From positions 10,108,001 through 10,172,000 of the forward strand of contig NC_087250.1 in the NCBI RefSeq assembly GCF_037042905.1: a DNA stretch of 64,000 nucleotides. Reading direction: 5' to 3'. The notes beneath the pieces are model-generated. The model searched no databases. It was not told the DNA's origin and saw nothing but the letters and a program-made list of their open reading frames with translations. Position 1 is the first letter of the stretch. The number at the start of each line of letters is the position of its first letter. Position numbers and translations under genes: made by a program. Shown in pieces: positions 26,544-39,018 of this stretch. This DNA is from Lytechinus pictus. Its lineage: Eukaryota.

Positions 26544-27589
26544 TTGCCTCCCCCCTGACGAAATATGCCAGGTACGCCACTGTCTGTTTCTCCACACTTT
26601 TCCCAAGCTTGAAAATGATTAACACAATTAAAATCAAGCCTAAGTTATTTCATGTAATTCACAGCTCAGTGTAAAGCAAATATCGTCACGTTGGCCTCGG
26701 TGTGTGGGGGACTGGGTTGGGGCGCAGTGCATTCTTCGAAGGGTTTTGGGAAAGGAAACAAGTTAAAATTGTTAAAGAGATCTTCAAATCAATTTTACTA
26801 GCTAAATTGCACGTGTTCTTCATGATAAAGGTCTACTTTTATTTGCATAACTATTTCAAAGTTCTGCGCAAATCATTTTACACTAACTTTTCAAAAGTAA
26901 GTGGTGCTCACTCAAGTGGAAATATTTTTCGACAGTTATATCGTCATTTGATTAAATGGCTCTGTACTAATGTTAAAATGTGGAAAAATCTTTAGGATAT
27001 TACAAATGTATAATTTTACAGGAATTTTTCTAAGTATAAACTTTTTTTTGATACGCACTGTATAATAGCTATTTTTCAGAAATTTGAAAAAATGAAACAA
27101 AAGTTACTATACTTTTTTTTTAATGTACCATCAGTGTTTATTAATATCGGGTCGGAAACCTATACATCTGAATAAATGGAATAAAACTCATCATGCAAAA
27201 AAACGCTGACAATTTTATCAAAGTCGACAAATACCGAAGATATTACGTGGGATGATCATGTTATGAACCCTCTATCCGAAGATATAAAATGAAATCATAG
27301 GTCTAATTATTTCATACATGTGTGAATGATATTGAATGTATACGTTGTAAAAAAAATAACTTGCATTAACGATTTTCCTACAGCTTAATAATAGTCGCTT
27401 CATTTTTTTGTTGGTGTTACCACAATATAAAAATGCGAATTGTTGGGCTTATCCCTTTTTATTTTCAATGGTGTGTTCAATGAAGTGATCAAGCGAGAAT
27501 ATATTTTGGCAATTGAAGGGTAAAAGCGGTTTGTTTCCAATTGGTCTATTGCCGATTTATCCAATTACCAACTCGTCTACTATCAACTG

Positions 27590-27811
27590 CAGTGGCGTAC
27601 CCAGGATTTTCCAAGGGGGGGCAAATTCGTCCGCCAAAAAATTTGACAAGCAAAAAAAAAAAAGGTCTTCGAGTTCAATAGAGGGCCATTTGTGGCTCGT
27701 CAGGGATCAGTTGTGACTCGTCGGGGGGGGGGGGCAGGGGTACGTCCCTTGCATGAGTTGTGACTCGTCAGAGGGGGCAGTCTGCCCCCCCCCCCCTTAA
27801 GTACGCTAGTG
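27590..27811. mobile_element. hAT MITE
   Basis: CAGTGGCGTAC...GTACGCTAGTG with exact 8-bp TSD ATCAACTG, inserted in another MITE. Confidence 0.88.
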
Positions 27812-28236
27812 ATCAACTGGTCTACCATCAGTTCGTCCACTATCCACATAGTCTAATTACTTTTTCGCCCACTCACCATTTCGTCTAATAATCAGTTGGT
27901 CCAATATTCATTTAGTCTTTATAGGCCAACCATTTGGTCTAAGTGGACTATATAAAGTCTAAATGGGCGAAATGAAGGAAAATAAAATGGATATTAGACT
28001 AAGTGGTTTTGAGACGAAATGGTTATAGACGAACTGGTGATTCGACGAAGTGATGATTGGGCCAAATGGTTATTGGACCAAATAGTTGTTAGACGAAGTG
28101 TTGATGGACGGAACGGCATTATACTAAATGAAAGTAGACCATGTGGACGAGTTGGCAGTAGATGAATTGGCAATTTACCTTAAAAGCTTTCACTTTTAGA
28201 GCACTTGTTACAGAGGGGATAGAGGGGCCATCTTAA

Positions 28237-28620
28237 GGGACAAGTCCACCCCAACAAAAAGTTTATTTGAATAAAAAGAGTAAAATCCAACGATTATAAC
28301 ACCGAAAGTTTCATCAAAATTGGATTTAAAATAAGAAAATTATGATATTCTTGAGTTTTACTTAATTTGTTTTTAAGAATTATATGCAAATGAGGTAACT
28401 GATGACATCACTCGCTCACTTTTCTTTTGTATTTTATTATGTAAAATATTCTAATTTTCTCCTCATTGTCCTGTGAAACAAATTTTTATTTCTCCCTGAA
28501 CATGTGGTATTACCATTGTTTAAAATTTTACGGTTTAGTCAAGTTGGTCCTAATTGTCAAATCTGTACAAATTGAAATATTGCACAATTCAAACAATGAA
28601 AAATAAAAGAAATAGTGAGT
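28237..28620. mobile_element. Partial Kolobok-like MITE
   Basis: TTAA|GGGACAAGTCCACCCC start; internal similarity to the element at 12839. Confidence 0.5.
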
Positions 28621-29318
28621 AAGTATAGTAAAATTCACAAAGCAAAATGTTGGGAATTTTATCTAAACCAGAAAACAAATAACAAGGTGATTGAATTGTG
28701 AAGTTTAGCAATTATTGTTGGAACAGTTATATGGACGTCATTATGAATATTTATTAGCCGTGCTGATTTATGTATTGTCCCCACTTTACTTACTTAGGGA
28801 TACTGAGGGAATAGACCAGTTCGTAGTTACTCATGGACAATTTTGGTCAAATAACCTTTCATTTCTTTCATTATGATAGGCAGATTTCAAAGCAAAATAT
28901 TACGTAAGCTTGCCTTACATAGCAGGATGAATAAATTGAATAGATTAGAAGACTAGAATAACACACCAATGAACACTTAATGAAGGTATTTGTTGCATTC
29001 CTACTTTGAATGCATATCAGAGCATGTTGCACAATATAATTGGCAAACTGTGAAATACCAGTCGTTCGTGGACGCATTGTTGTTTTTTGTGGATGTAAAT
29101 GAAAACCACTATTCAAAAGAATATATGAATAATCAAGACATCAAAGTTGGTGCTTATCTCATTAGATTTTAAACCACCATGTCACTTTAGTACAAATGAC
29201 CTTCCTCTGATCATGCGTAGAATCTTTTGATCATGCGCAGAAAGGAACTATACGAACTGGCTTATAGAGCTGTCAAGACCCCCATTACTTGCTAAATTGC
29301 AGTCAAATTTGCCATATA

Positions 29319-30151
29319 CAGTGCGTCCCAAACATGTCCCTCTGACATAGGACTGAATTAATTCTAAAATGTGGTAGTATTCTCAAATTAATGTTCATGA
29401 GTAGAAAGCTCATTTCATGATCTAACTTCTATGAAAATTTCATTGGTCGCACTTCAGCGGTTTTGAATACACACTCTGTCACGTAACAGTTAGCCCATTC
29501 CAAGTTTGCAGCATTGATGCATATCTGCATTGTCTATATGGCATGTTAACCCCCATTTTTACATCCAGGATCTGAGCAGGGACATTTCCCTAATCATATC
29601 CAGGCTCATCAAATTGTAAACTTTGGCGCGTGTTTAGAAGGACAAGAAATATAATAAGGGGAATCAGTGCACCAACTTGAAAGAAAATGTGAATGATGGA
29701 TGAGTAAAATAAGCTCAAAAATAAAGGGGAATCCGCAAGTTAAAAACATTGTGCATCTCCCGTTTTCAAACATGCATGAAGCTGTCAAATATTGTTTTTG
29801 CCCTTCTAAACATGCTCAAAGTTGTGATTTGATGAGCCTGGTTAGATCATGGAGATTCCCCTGGTCAGATCAGGGAATTCCTTGGTCAGAATGGTCAAAG
29901 GGGGTTGACATGCTAGAAAGTGCAGAACACACGGTAGTGCTGCATGCATTTAAACTTGGAATGGGCTGAAAAGTTCTTTTACATAATAGACTGTGTATTC
30001 AAAACCACTGAAGCGAGACCAATGACATTTTTATAGAAGTTAGAACATGAGATGAGCTTCCCAGTTAAATACATTTCATTGAGAATAATTTTTATTTTTT
30101 AAAGTAATTTGGCCCCAAATAAGAGAGACATTTTTTCGGGGGGACGCGCTG
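29319..30151. mobile_element. Tc1/mariner-type MITE
   Basis: TA|CAGTGCGTCCC...GGGACGCGCTG|TA with degenerate inverted arms. Confidence 0.8.
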
Positions 30152-30524
30152 TATGTTTAACTTAAGTTCTTAAGAGTATGGTTTTAATATTTTTTTAAAG
30201 TATATTCTTCTATGGATTCTTCCAGTGACAGTTGCAAATCATTGAGGAGTGGAATACAAAGATAAACTGTCAAAAAATAACTTCATAAAATAAGGTACCA
30301 TGCAATAAGTAATTCATAAACATATCCTTTAATCCCCGGGCTTTAATCCATAAATCGGTTTATATAACCATTTATATAATCCACTGAAAGAAATTTTTTT
30401 AATGTAATTCAGAAAATAAAGAAATAAAGAAAACCGTACCCGTACATCGATCCCCAACATCCTCCCCCCCCCCCGGCTCCCTTATTGCCCCCCTGCCCCA
30501 ACAAACAGCCGCCTCCCCTTCCTC

Positions 30525-32306
30525 CCCAGGACCAAAATCCAATTGAAACCAGTTGGATTTCCAACTGGTTTCAATTGGTTTCAACTGGTTTCAATTGGTT
30601 TTAAACTGGAATGTAACAATTTCCAATTGAAACCAATTGGAGCCAGTCAGGCAACTGGAAATCCTAACTGGAACCAGTTGAGTAACAGGAAATGTCTTCC
30701 AACTGGAAATGACTTCTAACTGGAACCAGTTGGGTAACTGGACATCCTAACTGGAACCAGTTGGTAACTGGAAATTTCTTTCAACTGGAAATGACTTCTA
30801 ACTGGAACCAGTTGGGTAACTGGAAAAGGCCTATAACTGGAAATGACTTCTAACTGGAAAGTTGGGTAACTGGAAATGACTTTTAATTGGAACCAGTTGG
30901 ATAACTGGAAATCCTAATTGGATCCAGTTGGGTAACTGGAACTTACTTCCAATTGGTTTCCAATTGGAAAATGTCCAGTTACCCAACTGGATCCAATTGA
31001 AACCAGTTGATTTGCATATTATCTGCCAATGTGTACAGATTAATGTCTTATGTGATTCATCATCATTCATTTCTTTTCATTCCCAAGTGCCTCACTTGTT
31101 TAAGATCAATGTTTAGAATAGTTAGCAGTGAAAACCATGTTCATAAATATTATAGATTATGATTTTAACAGATTAAAAGATCATTAGTACACCACTAACT
31201 TTTACCAAATTACATCAAATACAAATACATATATTCGAAACTCCTCCATATAAATATATTATGTACGAAAGTCTTAATTTTATCAATGCCCTTTATTACA
31301 ATGGTATTAATAGACATATTTCAATGCTTCTGTGTTGGCATGAGCAATAGTTAGTACAAATGCTAATTAATTTGTATCTAATTAAGTTCATTCCAACTGG
31401 AAGTTCCAATTGGAACCAGTTGCCTCCAATTGGTTTCAACTGGAACCAATTGAAACTAGTTGCCTCCAATTGGTTTCAACTGGAACCAATTGAAACAAGT
31501 TGCCTCCAATTGGATTCAACTGGTTCTAATAGGAAAATTGGAACAGCTGGAACCAACTGAGATGCAGTTGCCTAATTGGTTTCAACTGGAACCAATTGAA
31601 ACAAATTGCCAACTGGTTCCAGTTGCCCAATTAGTTTTAACTGGAACCAATTAGCAACTGGTTTCAATTGGAACCAGTTGTTACAATTTCCCTATTGAAA
31701 CCAGTTGGCCAACTGGTCCCGGGGGGGGGGCACTTCCATTGACGAGTGGATACCATGCGCGACCATGGGGTCTCGAAAAGTACCCTAAACACTTTTTTTC
31801 CATATTCTGAAAATGCACCCCTTAACAAGTATTGGCGTCTGATACCCTATACCCTTAACAAGTATTGGGAACAAAACGATACTCTTGGCAAGTATTCCCT
31901 GAAATGAACCCCTAAACAAGTACAGGAATATTTTATTGTTATGTCACGGGTCCTTCGGTCGATGGTTTTACCTTTACACATCATTTGGTTTAGTACAACC
32001 CCACCTTCCACACCTCGTGCAAATCGGACTCTAAACACGTAGTGTTGGGGCAAAATTAAGGACATCATCTATAAAACATTTTAATTTTTTTTTTATCATC
32101 CCCGCAAATTTGACCCTCAACACGTAACTTTCCTACCGAAATAGATACCCTTTTTTCATTATTTTTGTGTTTTTGACACCCTTATCACGTTACGTACGTA
32201 ACGTGCCCTGTCTTGAAAAAGACATCCTTTTTACGTGTTTTTTTTTGGTCGCGCATGGTATCCACTCGTCAATGTAAGTGGCCCCCCTTCAACTGGATTT
32301 GGGTCC
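30525..32306. mobile_element. CCCAG-ended element, copy 2 (inverted relative to copy 1)
   Basis: Same TIR start; core at about 31000-31390 is the reverse complement of 24915-25315; right end split by another MITE. Confidence 0.82.
31718..32287. mobile_element. MITE inserted in the CCCAG element
   Basis: CATTGACGAGTGGATACCATGCGCGACCA / TGGTCGCGCATGGTATCCACTCGTCAATG inverted ends. Confidence 0.85.
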
Positions 32307-32406
32307 CTCTTTGCATGACCCATGCAAGCCCCCGCAAATTTCGGGCTCACGGTATACCCTTTACAAATATGCACCCCCCCCCCCCCCCCCCCCGGTATGC
32401 GCGGCC

Positions 32407-34804
32407 GCGCGTTTCCGTTTTACACCCTGGCGAAGGCAATCTCCGCAAATATAGCTAAAAAGCGACTAGTGAAGAGTCTACGTTTGTGTACATTATCTGC
32501 TGGGCGCGCGATGTAAAAGTCCGCACCGAAGAAATATGAAGAACATATACAAATGCATGTTCAACACGAACGTTTGCCTTCATCATTTGCCTTTGCCGAA
32601 TTGCTGGTAATTTGCCCTCTCACTGTCATGGAAGAAGAATAACATATTCCGTCACCATTGTTGGTATGACACTGCATTATTATATGAGTAGGATGTAAAA
32701 TAGACCTTTGTTTATTTTTAGATGAAAGAAAAGCAATCATTATTATAGGTATAAGACAATGTTTGTTGATGCATTGTAATGTAAGATTAAGATTCTTACA
32801 AGTTTGATGAATATGTGTTCAAATAAAATTTATGTTTTCAGTTGTTGGCAAGAAATTAAACTTTGTTTGATGTAAAGTACTGTAGTTTGAAGATGGTATA
32901 TTCGGGGCATGCAGGTATAGTGAAAGTCCTAAAAAATGACAAAACTTATCAAAACAGTGAATATGAAAAATATATAAATTTAAGAATCTATTTTCTTTTT
33001 ATGCCTCCAGTCTACACCATTAATTCAATTCAATTCAATTTATTATATTGCATTATCAACAGAACAAAGTAATGCATGTGGTCAAAATAGTTACACTGAA
33101 CTTATCATACAGGCAAAATAAATTGAGGCATGTACAATATATGATATTTATCTATAAGTAACAGTAAAACAAAACAGAGTATTAGATATAAGCAAAATAT
33201 CATAACCATTATAAAACAAAATTCTGAGAAAATGGAGGGATCCACTAAAAAGCAGTGCTTTTTATCAGGAACACCTGATAACCATACCGTAAATGTTACT
33301 GCAATAACAGTGATTGGATTTTTTTACTACAGTGAAGTTGCTGGAAGCATCATGTTTTCCATCTGTTTGTGCACCGTTTGTCTGTCCATCTGTTACCAGT
33401 TCTCATTATCGCGACAACAGAACAGCTATCATATTGATGAAACTGGAACTTCATTATTTGTTATCCGATTTTGATCAAATTTTCAGCATTTTGCTCTGTG
33501 AATTTTACTCTATTTATTAAAATAGAAATATTTTCAGCCTGGACGATCCCTTTAAGGGGAAACTAACTGGACAACACTTTTTATGATTTTGTTGATTATA
33601 AATTGCTATACAAGTAGTTTTTACTTTGTTTTCATATTATAATTATAATTAGTTGTAGTGGTGATTATTTTAGTAGTATTATTCAATTAGTTTTATTAGT
33701 AGTCGTCATGGTAGTAGTAGTAATAGTACAATAGAGTAGTTAATGTAGTTATATATTATCGATATTATTATAATTCATTATTATTGTTATTATTATTTTG
33801 ATTATAATTATTATTATTATTATTATTATGTTTTTATCATGTAGTAGAAGTAGTATACTTTATTATCATTAGCATCATTTTGAAACTGTTATTAATTATT
33901 AAGTACATAGTTTGTCAATATTATCATGATTACTATTAATATTATTATCACTATTATTATTATTATTATTGGTAGTAGTAGTAGTAGTAGTATATTATTA
34001 ATTATTTATAAGTATTATTTTTTTTTGTTCTTGTTCTTCTTCGCCTTCGACCTTCTTCTTCTTCCAAGTTTTCTTCTTCTTATCATTACATGTAAGAATT
34101 GTAGTAGTAGTAGCAGTAGTAGTAGTACTAGTAGTATAGTAGTAGTAGTAGTATAGTAGTGAGTAGTACTATGATCGAGTGAGTAGTAGTAGTAGTAGTA
34201 TAGTAGTCTATTATCATCATTGTTATAATTAGTCGTAGTGGTAGTAGTAGTAGTAGTAGTAGATAATCGTTGCAGAAGCAGTATATTGGGATTTTAATTC
34301 ATCGCTTAGAATCATTTTGAAACAATTTAAAACAACTGGACTTGTATGATGCTGTAGATTCTCCTTCGTTTTGTACTATTGTTATTATTCTTGTCTTAAC
34401 ATTATTATTACTGCTTTCTAAATTAATTTTGGCTACTTTCTTTGCCCGAATTGTAGGTTTTTCACCTCCTTGTGCATCGGGATACAAACGCCACTGCAAA
34501 ATATGTTCGGATTTAATCCATATGACTGCTCTCTGTACATTAAGTGCTCTCTGTACATTAAGTGCTCGCGCCAGGCCTAATTCGCTTCGCGAATTAGGGA
34601 ATCCCTCGCTTCGCTCGGAAAGCAGCCGCCAGGGCCTCGACAAGAGGCTACTGAACACTGTGCTATTTTCAGTGGCTGTGTAGATTGCATGCGGTGCAGT
34701 GTTACGTGCATATCTAACCAGCGACGTGTGTAGACTCTTCACTAGTCGCTTTGTAGCTATTTTTACGGAAATTGCCTTCGCCAGGGTGTAAAACGGAAAC
34801 GCGC
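32407..34804. mobile_element. 2.4-kb element with about 75-bp terminal inverted repeats
   Basis: 32407-32481 and 34730-34804 are near-perfect reverse complements; no transposase; no clear TSD. Confidence 0.75.
33640..34265. repeat. (TAG)n/(ATT)n compound microsatellite
   Basis: Directly visible. Confidence 0.9.
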
Positions 34805-35117
34805 AATACGTAACGTAATCCTATTACGGCCCCTGCCATCCCTTCCCCGATGTGCTAAAACGATAGGTATACATCGGATACAATTACATGGAATTCCCAG
34901 CAAGTTAATCGGATACTTTTTTAGTTAACACTTCGATACCCCTCGTCGCGGTGAGTCGATCGGTGAATTGTAACTTTGTAATTATGTAGGTTTTAGGAAA
35001 ATTTCAGATAAAGAATACGTAGTTGGATCATGTTTGATAGTAGAATAGTCCAGCAACATATGTAAGACTATCACCGAGCTTCTTTAGCTTTTGCAGATGA
35101 GATATTGTCGATGATGT

Positions 35118-35229
35118 TGCGAGCCAATAATGGCTGCCATCGAGCGGGAAGTGGGTTATTGCCCACCCCGCCAGCCCGGCGTGGCTTCCGCTGCCGGTCG
35201 TGGCGTGGTTGAGTGATAGGCAGGTGAGC
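35118..35229 (+). promoter_or_regulatory. Probable SLC37A4 promoter and first non-coding exon
   Basis: CpG-rich patch with CCAAT, ATGGCTGCC (YY1-like) and GGAAGTG (ETS-like) motifs, followed by donor CAG|GTGAGC at 35223/35224. Confidence 0.5.
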
Positions 35230-36938
35230 GGAAACGGTTCAGGTTGGAACGGGGTAGATCACGTTAGATTAGACCGAAAAATCAGTCTTTTTCTTTCAGT
35301 GGAAAAATACTTCTCCATAACCCCCTTCTTCTATTCTCTTTTTCTTCTTTTTTTCTTTTGGGTTGGAACTTGGTTGGATTCGAACCTCTCTCCACTCATA
35401 GTCATATATTCAATGATTGAATGAACAACTAAAGGTTGATTTTTCATTTAACCTTGTTCACTGTTACTCTACTAAACTTAAAGTACTATTCCCTGTGTGT
35501 CAAAATAATGTTGGCAATTTTTGGCTTATTTTCGGGGACAAATGCTTGATTTTTTTTACTGTCACGGTCATTTTCCATTGCAACTATTCATCATATTTTA
35601 CTTGGTTCTTAAGTAGGCCCTAAATTGAAGTCTTTTAATTATTTTTTCTGAATTAAAAATAGAGATTGAAAAATGAAAATTTTCTTGAAATTTTACTTTC
35701 CACCAAAAGAGGGCCTGCACAAAATGTGCTCAAAAATTCAAGTTGTTGAGCGCTCCAGTAAATACAACAGTGATCCCTCATTACAAATGTTTTATACTAT
35801 AGATTGCAACTGTATGGAAATTATTAGACAGGAATAACCGTCGTTTCTGGGGATTTAATCAACAATTTCTGACATTTTACTGTATTGGTGAGTGAGCCAA
35901 CGCAGTTCAGGGGAACAACCAAAATACAGAGACTGAAGCTTTTGGTCTAGACAGGAATAACCGTCGTTTCTTGGGATTTCCTTAACAATTTCTGACATTT
36001 CACTATAATCCCCATTCACTGACAGTGGTTCGTTAGTGTGAGCTCGCATGTGTTATCACGTTCACCTATTCGCCGACTAGTACTGTCCAGACTTCAATAA
36101 TTTGTTTTAATCGAATTTACAGTCTAAGGATTTAGAAACTACCTAAATAATGTCTTGAATATATAAAAAATAAGGACATATAAAAAAAAGAGATCAAAAG
36201 GTATGAAAATAGTACTTTACCGATGTTTACTTGTCTTGGTCTCGAGAATCACCCCCAAAATGGCAGCCAAATTAAGAGATATTTACGAACGGAGAGGGCA
36301 TCAACAATTTACGAATATGATATCGATATTGCTTTTGATATTATACGATCTGTTCCATATGCGAGCTAAACCGCTATGATCACAGGTAGCAGACGACATT
36401 CGATATATCGAGACATTGAAAAGTTAATAAGGATAATGACATCATTCAAGATGGCAACTTGCAAGAAAAACCGTCAGCTTAGGTGAAAATGTCTAACTCT
36501 TAGATGAAAGATTTCTCAATCATCCAGAGGAATTTTTTCAATAACTCTAGTCCAAGGTACGCAATTACTTGTAAGTTATTTATATTTCCCTGATAATGGA
36601 AACCATGAAACTGTAAATTTAGCTTAAAAACAGTTTTAAATCTCGACCTATAAAACGTTACTCGTTAGTTCACTTACATGTTGTCTATAGCCACGGGCCA
36701 ACAACTCTTCAGTCCATGTATTGGTGAGTGGAGCCAACGTAGTTCAGCGGAACAACCAAAATACAGAGACTGAAGCTTTTGGTCTAGGAAATTAGTAGTT
36801 TTGGTTACAAAAGTGACGTTTTAATGAATTTTTTAAATGTGTGTGCGATATAAATACTGCGGTCTTAATAGGTTATATTTTGGTAGTAGTACTAATAATA
36901 AGATTGAAATGTTTGTGGGGGTTCTATTTACCTTATAG

Positions 36939-36994
36939 ATTTCTGCCATTGAGTCCCTGTACAGATTGAGTTAGAACTTCGGTCTCTGTAATTG
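36939..36994 (+). other. Candidate 5'UTR exon of SLC37A4
   Basis: TTTACCTTATAG acceptor and G|GTGAGT donor; a related candidate lies at 36691-36723. Confidence 0.35.
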
Positions 36995-37885
36995 GTGAGT
37001 GGAGCCAACGGAGATCAGCGGAACAACTAATATAACAGAGACTGCAGCTCTTGGCCTAGTCAGGGATATGCTCTGCCATGTCCACTGATACTTTGTCTGG
37101 CTCCGCGCTGCGGCATACCCTCCGTCAATAATATTGATGGAGGGGATGCATGCCACGGAGCCAGAGGAAGTTTCAACTCTCAGCGCGCAGTGGAGCATAG
37201 GCTATCCGTGACAGAAATGGACTGATTTTGGAATTTGGGGTCTAATCTAACGTCAGATCTATTATTATGGACAGGAGCCCGTTTTTGAAAACCATGGAAA
37301 GTTAGTCTTAACTTAAAACGTTAATATCTTTATCCGCCAACCACGGACTAACTAAGCTCCAATTAGATGTCGATCAAGACCTACCGGAATGTAGGGTCTA
37401 GATCTAGATCTAAACTAGACGTCTATTTCTTTTTAAAAAAAAATGGAAATCAAATGTTAATGTGTCTCACCTCATTGGACCCTTTTCTTACATTTATCAG
37501 CCAACCTGGACAAGACTGAAAGATTCAGTCTCTGTTTGTCTGGTTGTTTCGCGGGGTCTGGACTACCTCCTTGAGCCGGCAGGGAGCCATGGACGTGGAC
37601 TGGTAGACCTACATGTAACATTAGATCTGCTGAGTTAGGAGTCGGACCACGTCCAGGCCAGGATAGAGTAAAAAAACTAGTTTTAAAATAAGTAACGGGC
37701 GGATTTCAGCTAGCTATCTAGTGCTGGTGTGGGATAATTTAACCTTAGCGTTATAAAAGGGATTGTATGTCTGATAGGGAGTGCTACATTTAGAAGAATC
37801 CATTATGATTTCCCCCTTTCTTTCAGATCAACTCACCATTTTCATCTCCTTGAATACTACTTGTCTTGGAGTTTGTTGCTCAGAT

Positions 37886-38033
37886 ATGGTGATGAATGTG
37901 TACACACAATGGCGCCTCATCAACGTCGGGACACTCTTCATTGGCTATGGTCTCTATGTCTTAAACAGAAAGAGTTTTGTCTTCCTTTTACCAGAAATAA
38001 TAAAAGAAGAAGGCCTCAAGAATAATGATCTTG
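37886..38033 (+). CDS. SLC37A4: Glucose-6-phosphate translocase (SLC37A4-like), coding exon 1
   Basis: MVMNVYTQWRLINVGTLFIGYGLYVLNRKSFVFLLPEIIKEEGLKNNDLG aligns with human GYSLYYFNRKTFSFVMP...DDLG; donor G|GTGAGT; upstream acceptor TTTCAG ending at 37826. Confidence 0.92.
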
Positions 38034-38785
38034 GTGAGTCATACTTTTTTTTCACCCCTGTCATTTGTTTTTAATCTATTTCTTTCCTCTGAAGTCATAT
38101 TATTTGCAACTTTATTTTCCTCCAACTAATTGTTATTTGTATTCTTCTTCTAATTTTTCTCTACTACACCCTCATTCTTACTCCTCATTGTCTTCTTTTT
38201 CTACTTCTTCTCCTTCCTCTTCTCCTCCTTTTCCTTATCTTTCTCTTCCTCTTCTCCTTTATACGCCTCTTCTTAATCTTCAACTTCTTTTTCTTCTTCA
38301 TCTCTTCCTCCTTTTTTTTTTGTTTCCCTTCAATCTTCTCCTTTATTTTACTTTTTAAACTCCAAGTAGAAGAAAACAACAATTGGAGGTCTGAAGAAAA
38401 TCCATCAAGAAACGCAGCTTACCTGTACACAACGTAGTATCATCTCCCCCTCCTCATTCTCTCTCCAATTCTACACCCCCCCTCTATCTCTCTTCAAATC
38501 GTTGACATTCCCTCTCTCCTCTCTCTTTCCAATGTCCACTTCCCCCCCCCCCCCCAGGATGACAGTTTTCAGCTTTTTAGCTGATTTATTGTTTTCTTAG
38601 CTTAATTTCAACTTTAGCTTACTTCTGTACAAAAGTACATGTAAGGGAGCTCTTTTAATTTCAGCTCTCTTTTCCCATCACTCGTCAGCTTTTTTTCAGC
38701 TTTTTATTGTTTTATTTGTGATCACTGTATTATCGCTCACCTCCCTGCTTCTTTCGTCCTCCCAATCTCCCCCTTCGATCTTCAG

Positions 38786-39018
38786 GTACCATTACAAGTA
38801 GTCTAACATTAGCCTACGCCATCAGCAAGTTTATCGGAGGGATTATCTCTGATCAGATCAGCCCTCGAGCGATGTTTCCGATGGGTCTCTTTGTCACCGG
38901 TGTTCTCTCGCTACAGTTCTCTGTCTCAACGTCGGTGGAAAGTTTCATCGTTATGTCGTTCCTGATGGGCCTTGCTCAGGGTGTGAGCTGGCCGGGAGTA
39001 GCCAAGGTCCTGAAACAG
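38786..39018 (+). CDS. SLC37A4: SLC37A4-like coding exon 2
   Basis: TITSSLTLAYAISKFIGGIISDQISPR...GLAQGVSWPGVAKVLKQ; TTCAG acceptor, CAG|GTAAGA donor. Confidence 0.95.

Larger units (their letters stand above)
21016..26582. mobile_element. Non-autonomous hAT element, 5.6 kb, nested
   Basis: CACTAGCGTACC...GGTACGCCACTG termini; TSD CCTGTTTC/TCTGTTTC; same ends as 27590-27811. Confidence 0.82.
20508..27060. mobile_element. Tc1/mariner-type element hosting nested insertions
   Basis: TA|CAGTGCGTAT...ATACGCACTG|TA; inverted internal similarity between about 20640-20710 and 26850-26930. Confidence 0.85.

Noticed and set aside
24484..26637. ORFs rich in NWFQL/PIETS and a CRISPR-like look
   Set aside because: These are translations of a transposon-internal tandem array; there are no unique spacers or cas genes and the context is eukaryotic
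34299..34742. 147-aa ORF as a transposase
   Set aside because: No recognisable DDE or DNA-binding motifs; overlaps the TIR and low-complexity sequence
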